Assembly: GCA_050115495.1 (NCBI GenBank)
Contig: JASFQK010000034.1
Location: 16,083 to 80,082, forward strand
Reading direction: 5' to 3'
From: Phycisphaerae bacterium
GTDB lineage: Bacteria > Planctomycetota > Phycisphaerae > UBA1845 > Fen-1342
DNA: 64,000 nucleotides
Shown here one piece after another: positions 19,064 to 28,830 of the stretch. The notes under the pieces were generated by a model that had not been told where the DNA came from, did no database searches, and worked only from the letters and a program-made list of their open reading frames with translations. Numbering within the stretch: position 1 is the first letter of the stretch; every line of letters starts with the position of its first letter. The position numbers and the translations under genes are program-made.

Positions 19064-20773
19064 GTGATAAACGCGAAGCTCAACATCGGACGGGCGGGAG
19101 CCGGCAGGCGATTCGAGCTGCCGACCGACCTGGTCACGCGGACGCAGGCCATCCTGGCGATCAAGGGTGCCGGCAAGACCTACACGGCGATCGTGCAGAT
19201 GGAGGAGATGCTCGCCGCCGGCCAGCAGTGCGTGGCGATCGACCCCACCGGTGTCTGGTGGGGCCTGCGAGCCGGGGCCAACGGGCGGTCACGCGGGCTG
19301 CCGGTGATCATCCTCGGCGGAGACCACGGCGACGTCCCGCTCGACCCGGCGGCCGGCGAGATCGTGGCCGAGTGGCTGGTCGAGGCCGGGCAGTCGGCGG
19401 TCCTGGACCTGTCGGCGTTCGAGAGCAACGCCGCTCAGGATCGGTTCGCCACGGCGTTCGCCGAGCGGCTGTACCGCCGGAAGGCGACGGCCGCGGCTCG
19501 CACACCGCTGCACATCTTCCTCGACGAGGCGGATTCGTTCGCGCCGCAACGGCCGCTACCCGGTCAGCAGCGGATGCTCGGAGCGTGGGAGGCGATCGTC
19601 CGGCGGGGTCGGTCGCGGGGACTGGGGCTGACGCTGATCACCCAGCGGCCGGCGGTGCTGAGCAAGAACGTCCTCACGCAGAGCGAGTTGCTCACCTGCC
19701 TGCGGATCGTCAGCCCGCAGGACCGGAAGGCCGTGCTGGACTGGGTCAACGTCCACGGCGACGTCGAGCGGCGCGAGCAGATGATGCGCGGCCTGGCCTC
19801 GCTGCCGCGCGGTACGGCGTGGTTCTGGTCGCCGGGCTGGCTGGACCTGTTCGAGCGCGTGGAGATCCGCCGCCGGCGGACGTACGACAGCTCGGTGACG
19901 CCGGGCACGGGCGAGACGCCGATCCGGCCGCGGAAGCTGGCGCCGGTCGACCTGGCGGTCCTCAGCGAACGGATCAAGGCCTCGGCCGAGGCCGTCGAGG
20001 CGAACGACCCGAAGAAGCTCCGGGCCGAGGTGGCGCGGCTGCGAGCAGAGGTCGCCCGGCTCGAAGGGCAGACGGGCGGGCCGGACGAGGTGGAGGTAGC
20101 CCTTCGCATTGCCAAATCCGTGCGCGCCTCGATCGTCGAGCGAGACGCCGAGTGGGCTCGGGTGGTCGATAGCTGTCGTAAAGCAGTCGAGGAGTCGATC
20201 CGCCGAGTGGTCGCGCCGCCGGAGACCGGGACCGTCGTCCTGCCCGAGGCGGCGCCCGTCGTTAAGAAACCGGCGCGGATTATTCCCACTTCTATTCCCG
20301 CCGACGGCGAGCTGAACGCGTACCAGCGGGATCTGCTGGCGGTGCTGCTCGACCGGTCGCCGGTACCGACGCCGCGGGGGCAGCTCGGAGCACTCGCCGG
20401 CCGGTCGATCAAGAGCTCGGCGTTCGGGCCGAACCTGCGGGCACTGATCGACCGCAGCCTGGTCGAGGCCAACGGGCGGGGCTACGTCGCCACGTCGGCC
20501 GCGCTGGCGGCGTGCCCGGACCATCGGCCGGCGCCGCGTTCGGGCCGGGCAGCGCTGGACCACTGGCTCGGCAAGCTGCCGGCGTACGAGGCCTCGCTGC
20601 TGCGGGCGATCGCCGACGCCGGCCGGGCGCTGACGTCCGACGAGATCGCCGACCGCGCCGGCCGGTCGACCGGCAGCAGCGCCTTCCGCCCGGCGCTGCG
20701 GAACCTCGTGGACTTGGAGCACGTCGAGCAGGCCGGCGATCGGTACGTGTTGGGGACGGCGTTTCGGGCGTGA
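19064..20773 (+). CDS. HerA/DUF87-like P-loop ATPase with coiled coil and two C-terminal winged-helix-like repeats
   Basis: AIKGAGKT, IDPTG, IFLDEAD, RRGRSRGLG..LITQRPA. C-terminal repeats AGRSIKSSAF / AGRSTGSSAF. Confidence 0.8.
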   Translation: MINAKLNIGRAGAGRRFELPTDLVTRTQAILAIKGAGKTYTAIVQMEEMLAAGQQCVAIDPTGVWWGLRAGANGRSRGLPVIILGGDHGDVPLDPAAGEIVAEWLVEAGQSAVLDLSAFESNAAQDRFATAFAERLYRRKATAAARTPLHIFLDEADSFAPQRPLPGQQRMLGAWEAIVRRGRSRGLGLTLITQRPAVLSKNVLTQSELLTCLRIVSPQDRKAVLDWVNVHGDVERREQMMRGLASLPRGTAWFWSPGWLDLFERVEIRRRRTYDSSVTPGTGETPIRPRKLAPVDLAVLSERIKASAEAVEANDPKKLRAEVARLRAEVARLEGQTGGPDEVEVALRIAKSVRASIVERDAEWARVVDSCRKAVEESIRRVVAPPETGTVVLPEAAPVVKKPARIIPTSIPADGELNAYQRDLLAVLLDRSPVPTPRGQLGALAGRSIKSSAFGPNLRALIDRSLVEANGRGYVATSAALAACPDHRPAPRSGRAALDHWLGKLPAYEASLLRAIADAGRALTSDEIADRAGRSTGSSAFRPALRNLVDLEHVEQAGDRYVLGTAFRA

Positions 20774-20865
20774 GAGGAATGAGGCAGGACAGCATGAGCA
20801 CAACGGACATCAGGACCAATCTCGGCGCGACGCGCCGCTACCCCGCAAACCGAAGGACGCCTGTG

Positions 20866-21204
20866 ATGACAAGACGTTGCACGAAGCGGCACGAAACCAA
20901 GCCCGGCCGCATGGCCCGCTGGCTGGCCACCTGCCGATCGGTCTGGCCCGAACTCATCTGGGAGCGCAATGACACGCTTGGCGGGATCGCCGGACAGCGT
21001 CCAGACGACGACATGTCGAGCGTGGTGATCTTCCCAACCGATTACGGCTTGGGTGCCGTACTCATGATCGATATGAACGAGCAGGAGCTCAAGATCGTGT
21101 CGAGCCCCCACGCCTCATACGAAGCGGCCGTGCGTGCCCTGCGTGGCGCAGTGCTGAAGGCGATTCCGGCCCTGCAGGCGCTGACACGAACGGGGGGACG
21201 GTGA
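20866..21204 (+). CDS. Hypothetical phage protein (start uncertain)
   Basis: AAGGA RBS, overlaps the next gene. Confidence 0.45.
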   Translation: MTRRCTKRHETKPGRMARWLATCRSVWPELIWERNDTLGGIAGQRPDDDMSSVVIFPTDYGLGAVLMIDMNEQELKIVSSPHASYEAAVRALRGAVLKAIPALQALTRTGGR

Positions 21205-21881
21205 TGGACGAAGGGCGTGGCGTGAGCACAGTTGACCTGATTACCGCCGAGCTGGTGCTGTCGTGGCGGCCGTGCTCGCAATTCCCGAGAGAGCGAGTGC
21301 GCGAGTTGTTTGGCGACGGCTTGACTCCGTTGGAAGTGTGCGGCCTGGAGGTCCCGTCGCGTGACCGTCTCTGGGTGCTACTCAGAGACGAGATCGTGCC
21401 GATACGGACCATGTTGCTGCTGGCATGCCGATGGGCTTACGGCGTACAGCCGATCTATGACCGCTGGCATCCTGATGATAGGCGTGTTCGTGATGGTATT
21501 CGCGTAGCCCGTCGGTACGTTCTGGGGCAAACAGAGGCAACTGCACTGTCTGCTGTCGAGAAGCGCTTAATCGCTGCGGCGGCAGCAGCGGCTAGAGACT
21601 CGTATAACGGCACATCCGTCGCGGCCGAAACTGCGTTTGCTGCGGTGAGGGCCACTAAGTGCTTCGCCAGATCGGCGCGCGACCATTACAGGGCCTCGCT
21701 CTGGACTGAACTAGCAGTTGGCCATGTCGAGTTTGCGTCCTGGATGGCGGCCCACATTAACAAGCGATCGCCGGACGCCATATGGGCCGCACAACTCGCC
21801 GACGTCCGGGCCGTGCTGACTGGGGAGTTGGATCTGGCCACTGAGGCGCACGCTGCGCTCGAAACGGAGGGTGTGGCGTGA
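21201..21881 (+). CDS. Imm5-like (putative immunity) domain phage protein
   Basis: LLACRWAYGVQPIYDRWHPDDRRVRDGIRVARRY followed by an Ala-rich helix. Lower GC. Confidence 0.55.
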   Translation: MMDEGRGVSTVDLITAELVLSWRPCSQFPRERVRELFGDGLTPLEVCGLEVPSRDRLWVLLRDEIVPIRTMLLLACRWAYGVQPIYDRWHPDDRRVRDGIRVARRYVLGQTEATALSAVEKRLIAAAAAAARDSYNGTSVAAETAFAAVRATKCFARSARDHYRASLWTELAVGHVEFASWMAAHINKRSPDAIWAAQLADVRAVLTGELDLATEAHAALETEGVA

Positions 21882-22747
21882 GCGACACATCGACCATGCG
21901 AATCACCGCCCTGGCCCAGTGGTTCGGCGGCAATCGCGGACTCGCCCATACGGTCGGGGCCGCCCTGGGGAAGCTGCGCTGGTGCGGCGTGCCGTTCGCC
22001 GGCGGCTGTGCCGAGCTGCCGCACATCCAGACGGCCGCCGGCGTCGCCAACGACCTGCATCGGCACATCATCAACCTCGCCCGCGTGGTTCGCGATGACG
22101 AGCTGGTCGAGCAGCTCGTGCACCGGCTCGAAGGGGCCCTGTTCCACCAGGACGAGCTGGCCGGCGCGCAGCGCCGCTGCCGCGAGCGGGAGCAGCGAGG
22201 CGGGAACGGCGACGCCGCAGACGTCGTTTGGGCGAGGGACTACTTCCTCGCCTGCTGGATGGGCCGCGGCGGCCACGCGGGCAAACGGAGCGAGTTCAAC
22301 CAGACGCTGTCGGCGCGGTGGACGGCCAGCGGCGGCGACTCGGCCGTCCGGTTCCGCAGCGCCGTCGAGTCGCTACGGGCCTGGCACGACGCCTTGAAAC
22401 GCTGGTCGTTCCTGTGCCTGGACGCGTTCGAGTTCCTCGGGCACGTCCACGACAAGCCCGGCGTCGGCCTCTACGTCGATGCCCCGTGGCCGGACGCCGG
22501 GGAGGACTACCAGCACAGGTTCCCGGCCTACGACCACATGCAACTGGCCGACGTGCTGAGCCGCTTCCGGGAGATCCGGATTGCCATCCGGTTCGGCGAT
22601 CACCCACTGATTCGCGAGCTCTACACCGAGCCGCAGTGGACCTGGCTGAGGCAAACCGGGCGCAACCAGCAGAACAACGAGACGGCCGAAGTGCTGATCG
22701 TGAACGGGAAGTGCGACGTGAGGGATCTACAGGCGGACCTGTTCTGA
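21878..22747 (+). CDS. Dam/D12-class DNA adenine methyltransferase-like protein with a divergent catalytic motif
   Basis: WFGGNR, VPFAGG (motif I), ANDL, YVDAPW in place of DPPY, EVLIVN at the C-terminus. Confidence 0.72.
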   Translation: MSDTSTMRITALAQWFGGNRGLAHTVGAALGKLRWCGVPFAGGCAELPHIQTAAGVANDLHRHIINLARVVRDDELVEQLVHRLEGALFHQDELAGAQRRCREREQRGGNGDAADVVWARDYFLACWMGRGGHAGKRSEFNQTLSARWTASGGDSAVRFRSAVESLRAWHDALKRWSFLCLDAFEFLGHVHDKPGVGLYVDAPWPDAGEDYQHRFPAYDHMQLADVLSRFREIRIAIRFGDHPLIRELYTEPQWTWLRQTGRNQQNNETAEVLIVNGKCDVRDLQADLF

Positions 22748-22770
22748 CAACCCATAGGAGGACGTACGTG

Positions 22771-23052
22771 ATGATCGTGTCATTCAGAGCCGACAACCAA
22801 CTCACGCGAGAACTTGGCGGCCTAGCCAGGGACCTCGGCTTCTCTAGGGCGCACCTCTGCCGCGCGATTCTGCGCGGCGTGCTGCGCGACAAGGAGGGGA
22901 TCCAGAAGTGGATGGACATCGTTCTCGGGCCGCGATTCGCGTTCTGCGTGGTGCCGGACAGCTGCCTGAAGCGCGAGCCTGCCGTTCCCGAGGCCGCGAA
23001 CGACGGCGACGCGCAATCGCCACAGACGCCTCACCGGAGCCACGAACGATGA
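22771..23052 (+). CDS. Ribbon-helix-helix-like small protein
   Basis: AGGAGG RBS. IVSFRAD..L...L...A...G.SRAHLCRAIL. Confidence 0.55.
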   Translation: MIVSFRADNQLTRELGGLARDLGFSRAHLCRAILRGVLRDKEGIQKWMDIVLGPRFAFCVVPDSCLKREPAVPEAANDGDAQSPQTPHRSHER

Positions 23053-23375
23053 CAGACGAGCTTACGCACTGCCGGCGCTGCGGTCGGCCAGCTCGTGGTG
23101 GAGTCGGCTCGCCTCAGGCGCGCATGTTGCGACGGGCTAGGAAAGGCGTGTGCCTGGAGTGCGGAGTCGTCGAGTTCCTGCAGAGGCTCGACAACATGCA
23201 CGGCGGACACTTGTTCGGGGCCGGCCCGGAAGCGCTGCGCCTTCCGCACATCCAGCAGCAGTTCGCGTCCGTGATGCGCGCCGGGCTGTCAGACGCCAAC
23301 CCGGACGACGTCGACTGGGAACGCGTGATTGCCCTGTGGAACGTCGCGCCGCCGGCAGACCGGATGCTGTTCTGA
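23049..23375 (+). CDS. Hypothetical zinc-finger protein
   Basis: CRRC...CLEC, ATGA coupling. Confidence 0.55.
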   Translation: MTDELTHCRRCGRPARGGVGSPQARMLRRARKGVCLECGVVEFLQRLDNMHGGHLFGAGPEALRLPHIQQQFASVMRAGLSDANPDDVDWERVIALWNVAPPADRMLF

Positions 23376-23398
23376 TCGATCGAACAGGAGGTAATGCA

Positions 23399-23848
23399 GT
23401 GGCTTGTACAGACGACTCGACAAAGAATGATGACTTGTGGCGATCCATGAGTGCCACGGTACGAGCGGCGGAGCTGGCGTTCTGCGCGGCCGTTGTACTC
23501 GACAAGCTCGACTTGCCAACCGACTACGAGATTGGATCGCTTAGAAACTACGAAATTCTCGAAAGAGCGATGGACTTGGCCCGTAAGGCTGTTGAGACGG
23601 CCATGCACTCAGAGCGCGTTGCGCTGCCCGAGAAGTCGGCGCCGCCGCCCCAGCCGGCCGGTGACCTGGCGAGTGAAGTGGCCAATCTTAGAGCCGAAAA
23701 CGAACGCCTGCGCCGCGGGCTGGAGGTGCACCTGCACACGCAGGAGTGCCTGGAGTACGCAGCCAATACCGCACGCCGGTGCGGGTCTTACTACTGCCTC
23801 GCCAAGTGCGCCGACTCTCGGCGGGCAATCCTCGGGGAGACGTCATGA
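23399..23848 (+). CDS. Hypothetical phage protein
   Basis: AGGAGG RBS, coiled coil and Cys/His-rich end. Confidence 0.5.
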   Translation: MACTDDSTKNDDLWRSMSATVRAAELAFCAAVVLDKLDLPTDYEIGSLRNYEILERAMDLARKAVETAMHSERVALPEKSAPPPQPAGDLASEVANLRAENERLRRGLEVHLHTQECLEYAANTARRCGSYYCLAKCADSRRAILGETS

Positions 23849-24042
23849 GCGACACGATCGCGGTTACGTCAGACATGCGCGGCCTGCTCGACGAGCTGCT
23901 CGACTGCGAAGACGGCCTGAGCGGCTGGGAGATGGACTTCCTGGGCAGCCTGGATGTGCAGTTCGACGCCCACGATCAGGTCTCGCGTAAGCAGCTCGAC
24001 AAGCTGCACGAGATCGCACGCAAGATGGGGCTGATCGACTGA
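23845..24042 (+). CDS. Hypothetical phage protein
   Basis: ATGA coupling. LSGWEMDFL.SL...SRKQLDKL motif. Confidence 0.55.
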   Translation: MSDTIAVTSDMRGLLDELLDCEDGLSGWEMDFLGSLDVQFDAHDQVSRKQLDKLHEIARKMGLID

Positions 24043-24128
24043 TCGGGTCGCATGGGCGAACGTCGAGCAGGCCGAGGACCAGTGTGTTGGAGGCAGCGTT
24101 GCTGGTGTGAGACTGAGACGAGGTGAGC

Positions 24129-24347
24129 ATGGACGGGCTCGAGCTGGTTCCAACGGAAGAGCTGATCGCGGAGATCCTCCGACGTACCGACCAGGGCCTG
24201 GTGATCTGGATAGACCCGCATGATCGCGTGGAAATGCGATTCCATGGTCGCCACGTCTCCGCAATCGGACTGGCCGAATACGCGCGACGGCGGATTTACG
24301 AACAGCTCTTCCTGGCACAACCACCGCCGCCGGAGATCGAAGACTAG
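24129..24347 (+). CDS. Hypothetical phage protein
   Basis: GAGG RBS, in the operon with the methylase. Confidence 0.5.
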   Translation: MDGLELVPTEELIAEILRRTDQGLVIWIDPHDRVEMRFHGRHVSAIGLAEYARRRIYEQLFLAQPPPPEIED

Positions 24348-24357
24348 AAGGTGTGTT

Positions 24358-24942
24358 ATGGATGTTGACGTCGTGCAGATAGCAACCATCAAACCCTACG
24401 AAAGCAACCCGCGGATCAACGATGCGGCGGTGGACGCCGTTGCCGAGTCGATTCGGCGGTTCGGGTTCCGCCAGCCGATCGTCGTCGACGAGGCCGGCGT
24501 GATCGTTTGTGGGCATACACGGTGGAAGGCGGCGCTGAAGCTCGGGCTGACGGCGGTGCCCGTGCACGTCGCCCGCGACCTGACGCCGGAGCAGATCCGG
24601 GCGTACCGGATCGCGGACAACAAAACTGCCGAGCTGGCCACGTGGAACCTCGACCTGCTGCCGATCGAGCTCGCCGAGCTCCAGGGGGCCGGTATCGACT
24701 GGTCGCTGCTGGGGTTCGACGCCGACGAGCTGGCGAAGCTGCTCGGCGGCGACGTGAAGCCGGGCCTGACCGATCCCGACGAGATCCCCGAGCCGCCGGA
24801 CGAACCGGTCACGCGGCCCGGCGACCTGTGGATTCTCGGCGAGCACCGGCTGCTGTGCGGCGACGCCACGCGAGCCGGAGACGTCGCCAGGCTCCTGGAC
24901 GGTGCGTCGCCGCTGTTGATGGTCACCGATCCGCCGTACGGC
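24358..24942 (+). CDS. ParB-N/DNA methyltransferase (N6_N4 type), exon 1
   Basis: PYESNPR, SIRRFGFRQPIVVD, GHTRWKAA, IADNK (ParB). PGDLWILGEHRLLCGD, TDPPYG (motif IV), then the intron. Confidence 0.9.
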
Positions 24943-27390
24943 GTGCGCCTGATGTATCGCGTTGCTGCGTAAGGAATTACGAGCATGCGAGAGACCTTGT
25001 TGGCAATGTTTGGAAGCAAACCGTGGCCGTTTGGCCGGCCATTGTACCTAGGGAGTAAGTTGGCCAGCACGTGTGAGCTGGCTGGCGACATAGCTCTCCC
25101 GACAACGTGGGACCCAGGTGAGGCTTCACAACCGATGCAGTCCTGCCAGGTAGAGCTTCCGCACGACTACGAAAGGAACCGACCAATACCTTCGGGAAAG
25201 TGGGCCCCCATTCCTGCGAATACTGGAGCCGCCCGGGAGTACCCCGCCCGGGCTAGGGAATGGCCCAAGCGGGCAAGCGCTATCGTTGTAGGCGCATGCC
25301 CTGGCGAATCGCTTCGGCGATTCCGAGGTCGGCGGAGTGGTCAACTATCCGCCGGTGCTTGGGGGAGCAGCGGAGAGCTGTTGGGTATCGAAAGGTCGGA
25401 GTCTACCCGGAAGCGTTTGAGTGCCAGCAAGGGAACCAGGGAAGCCCAGCCGAGTATGGCAGTCGCACAGATAGGCCGCCTTCGGGCGGCTGAATCTCTG
25501 CCGATGAGGCGGCTGGGTGGCGGAGCGTCCGTAGTAGTCCGAGGACGGGAAAACCGTCTACATGGCGAAGGGACGCAGGATGTTTCGTTCTGGACGGCCA
25601 AGGCGTTCGTCAATCGCGAGGGCTCGCGATGAACGTGGCGGAAGTCCAGAGAAGGCTGTGGGAGCAATCCGGCTCGCATCGGCAATTGCGTGCATCCGGG
25701 ACACCGCTGTTCCCCACCAACCCGTATGACGGGCGCGTGCGGAACCTGATGGACCTGATGCACCACCCGCACTGGCTGCGGGATGCGGCCGACCGCGTGC
25801 TGAGGCGGTCCCACAACAAAGCGCCGGGCGTAGACGGCGTGACTGCACGCGAGTTCCGCAAGGGGCTCGACGGCAAGCTCGAATGTCTGCGCCTGGAATT
25901 GAAGCGTGGAACGTACCAACCCCAACCCGTGCGGCGGGTGATGATCCCGAAGGCCAACGGCAAACTGCGGCCTCTGGGCATCCCCTGTCTACGGGACAAG
26001 ATCGTCCAGGAAGCCATCCGCATGGCGCTGGAACCGATCTTCGAGGTGGAGTTCCACGATCATTCGTACGGGTTCCGGCCTCACCGAAGCACGCACCATG
26101 CCGTTTTCCGTTGTCAGCACCTGATGAAGCACGGCTTCACCTGGGTGATTGAGGGAGATGTCAAGGCATGCTTCGATGAGATCTCGCACCGGTCCATCCT
26201 GCGGGCCGTGCGGGAGAAGGTCATGGACAACAAGTTCCTCGCGCTGATCCACCGGTTCCTCAAGGCTGGTGTGGAGGTCGAGGGCATTGTCCAGCCGACC
26301 GAGAAAGGCGTACCCCAGGGTGGCGTGATCTCACCGCTGCTGGCCAATGCGGTCCTGAACAAGCTGGACTGGTTCCTGCACAGTAAGGGCACGCACGAGC
26401 AGGCCATGATGCGGGCCGCCCGCAACCGGCGGCCGAATGTTCGGTTCGTGCGGTATGCGGACGACTGGTGCGTCTTCGTCACGCGGGCGTCGCGGCGCTA
26501 TGCCGAAACGCTGCGCGATGACATCCGCGAGTTCCTTCGACGCGAATGCGGCCTGGAACTCTCGGTGGAGAAGACACACGTCACGCACGTCCAGGATGGG
26601 TATGACTTCCTCGGCTTCCGCCTGAGCTATGAAATCGGCCAAGGCGGTAAGCGGGTGCCGAAGATCAAGGTTGGTCTGAAGGCCCTGGCGAACGTGAAAC
26701 AGCGGCTGCATGACGCGCTGCGGAATCGCCCCCACCAGGAATCGGTGGCCCTGCGGTTGCAGCGTGGCTCGGCGGTCGTGCGCGGGTGGTCGGAATACTT
26801 CCGTATCGCCCACAACTTCACGGACCTTGCTGGAACGTTGGATCATCATGCGCTCTGGATCGCCCTAAAGGGTATCTGTCGCAAGTTCGACATCCCTACG
26901 GGCACGGCCATGAAGCGGTACTACCGTCGCGGCGGACTCCAGGTTGACGACCTCTGCCGCTTGGAGACGTTCAGCGGATTTTCGATGAAGCTGGACTATC
27001 GCGGACCAGAACCGTACATGCCCGGCCAGGGCGACTATGAGACTGACGCCGAGATGGAAGCGGCGTTCGCGCAGTTCAATGAACGCCGGCGCCTGGGGAA
27101 CCTGGACGCGAAATACCGCGCCTTACAGCGTGACGGCTATCGCTGTCGCGCTTGTGGGAAACGGGTTACGGACCGGAACTCCCAGGCGGACCACATCGTC
27201 CCCGTACATCGCTTTGCGAGCTTCGCCCTGGCGACCACCGATGAGAACCTCCAGACCTTGTGCCTGGATTGTCACCGGGAGAAGCACAGTGCGTAGCAGA
27301 GCCGAGAATCATCTGGAGAGCCGGATGCACGGAAACGTGCAAGTCCGGTTCGGGGTTGGGGTCGGGATGCAATCTCCCGGCCTACACCAC
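24943..27390 (+). mobile_element. Group II intron (2448 nt)
   Basis: 5' GTGCG. Domain V GAGCCGGATGCACGGAAACGTGCAAGTCCGGTTC (27318-27351, AGC triad, GAAA loop). Domain VI ends ...CTACACCAC. Removal restores the in-frame DPPYG|VRVEPRSNNAIAAG. Confidence 0.93.
25629..27296 (+). CDS. ltrA: Group II intron-encoded reverse transcriptase/maturase with C-terminal HNH endonuclease
   Basis: [79 protein letters not shown]. Confidence 0.95.
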   Translation: MNVAEVQRRLWEQSGSHRQLRASGTPLFPTNPYDGRVRNLMDLMHHPHWLRDAADRVLRRSHNKAPGVDGVTAREFRKGLDGKLECLRLELKRGTYQPQPVRRVMIPKANGKLRPLGIPCLRDKIVQEAIRMALEPIFEVEFHDHSYGFRPHRSTHHAVFRCQHLMKHGFTWVIEGDVKACFDEISHRSILRAVREKVMDNKFLALIHRFLKAGVEVEGIVQPTEKGVPQGGVISPLLANAVLNKLDWFLHSKGTHEQAMMRAARNRRPNVRFVRYADDWCVFVTRASRRYAETLRDDIREFLRRECGLELSVEKTHVTHVQDGYDFLGFRLSYEIGQGGKRVPKIKVGLKALANVKQRLHDALRNRPHQESVALRLQRGSAVVRGWSEYFRIAHNFTDLAGTLDHHALWIALKGICRKFDIPTGTAMKRYYRRGGLQVDDLCRLETFSGFSMKLDYRGPEPYMPGQGDYETDAEMEAAFAQFNERRRLGNLDAKYRALQRDGYRCRACGKRVTDRNSQADHIVPVHRFASFALATTDENLQTLCLDCHREKHSA

Positions 27391-28119
27391 GTGCGTGTTG
27401 AGCCGCGCAGCAACAACGCGATCGCGGCGGGGCTGTCGTCGTTCCCGGCGGAGGAAGCGCAGGCCGGACGCCGGAAGCTGCGCCCCAGGGACCGCCCGCT
27501 CGAGAACGACTTCGTGTCGGACGAGGAGTTCGGGCGGCTGCTGCACGCCTGGTTCGGCAACATCGCCCGCGTGCTATTGCCCGGGCGGGCGGCGTACATC
27601 TGGGGTGGCTACGCCAACATCGCCAACTACCCACCGGTGCTGAAGGCCGCCGGGCTGTACTTCTCCCAGACGATCATCTGGGTGAAGGAGCACCCGGTCC
27701 TCACCCGCAAGGACTTCATGGGCAACCACGAGTGGTGCTTCTACACGTGGCGCGAGGGTGCCGCCCACGTCTTCCTCGGGCCGAACAACGCCACCGACGT
27801 CTGGTCGGTCAAGAAGGTCAACCCGCAGAGCATGGTCCACCTGACCGAGAAGCCGGTCGAGCTGGCGGTGCGGGCGATGCAGTACTCGTCACGCCCGGGC
27901 GAGAACGTGCTGGACTTGTTCGGCGGCAGCGGCTCGACGCTGATCGCCGCCGAGCAGACGGGCCGGCGGGCGTTTCTGATGGAGCTCGACCCGCTGTACT
28001 GCGACGTGATCGTGCGGCGGTGGGAGCAGTTCACGGGGCAAAAGGCGGAGCTAGCCTCCGGTCCCGATCCATTTCGCGAGGAGGATGCTGATGACGATGA
28101 GGATAATCCCGACAACTAG
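27391..28119 (+). CDS. DNA methyltransferase, exon 2 (spliced product ~437 aa)
   Basis: IIWVK, HEWCFY, HLTEKPVEL, VLDLFGGSGSTLIA (motif I), MELDPLYCDVIVRRW. Confidence 0.9.
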   Translation: MRVEPRSNNAIAAGLSSFPAEEAQAGRRKLRPRDRPLENDFVSDEEFGRLLHAWFGNIARVLLPGRAAYIWGGYANIANYPPVLKAAGLYFSQTIIWVKEHPVLTRKDFMGNHEWCFYTWREGAAHVFLGPNNATDVWSVKKVNPQSMVHLTEKPVELAVRAMQYSSRPGENVLDLFGGSGSTLIAAEQTGRRAFLMELDPLYCDVIVRRWEQFTGQKAELASGPDPFREEDADDDEDNPDN

Positions 28120-28749
28120 ACCGAGCAGCAGGAACTGCCAGAGGAAGCGGTCTCCGAAAGGTGTCAGCTTCCGCGACTCCGTCCCCGTAATGATGGTGAC
28201 ATAATCAATGTCCCATCGCACTGCTGGATCAAGGTCGAATTCAATCAATTGAGAGGTACGCCGTTCAAGAGCGCGAGGTGGGATTGACCAGTGATAGATA
28301 GTGTGGCAATCGCTTATCAACGGGATACTTTCGAGAGGGAGTGGCGCTCTTTCCCGGTGGAAGTAATCGCTGTGGGGCGGCGAGTCATCTTTCAGGCCGA
28401 AGTACTCGATTCGCGTGTCATTCACCGAAATTCGAACACGGGCATCCCGCACCTTCGAGTGCAACCCAGCAAATGGGCGTCGAGCGGCGACTACGAGTCG
28501 ACTGCGCGCGATTTTGGCAAGGTCTTCCGGTCGCACCCTCACCTCATAGTGCACAATGGTCGGTTCTGGGGCGTCGATGTGCGAACCGACTATCGCCGTC
28601 TCAGGGCCGACGAACCAATTCGCATCGCATTCGCCTGGATTCTCCTGGGTAGCGACGCGGCCACGCACAATCGTCGCCTTGGAGCCGTAGACGGGATCAG
28701 CCGCCGACCACTGAACGTCTCGCAGGTAGAAGCGCGGGAGCATGGGCAT
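28051..28749 (-). CDS. Hypothetical beta-rich protein with a C-terminal TM helix (lower-GC moron)
   Basis: GGAGG RBS before ATG 28749. C-terminal FLLLGLVVGIILIVISILLAKW. Overlaps the methylase 3' end in antisense. Confidence 0.65.
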   Translation of the reverse strand: MPMLPRFYLRDVQWSAADPVYGSKATIVRGRVATQENPGECDANWFVGPETAIVGSHIDAPEPTIVHYEVRVRPEDLAKIARSRLVVAARRPFAGLHSKVRDARVRISVNDTRIEYFGLKDDSPPHSDYFHRERAPLPLESIPLISDCHTIYHWSIPPRALERRTSQLIEFDLDPAVRWDIDYVTIITGTESRKLTPFGDRFLWQFLLLGLVVGIILIVISILLAKWIGTGG

Positions 28750-28830
28750 CCCTCCTGCTGCATGCATATTGTAAGCCTTGGCGGTGCAACGGAGCAATCC
28801 TGCCCACGTCACACCGCCCCCTCGCAGGCA

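Noticed and set aside
24985..25632. 215-aa ORF upstream of the RT
   Set aside because: Lies within intron ribozyme domains I-III and has no protein motifs.
25629..27296. RT as a DGR, retron or Abi RT
   Set aside because: YADD, maturase and HNH domains, domain V/VI RNA and precise exon rejoining identify a group II intron. No TR/VR pair or msr-msd seen.
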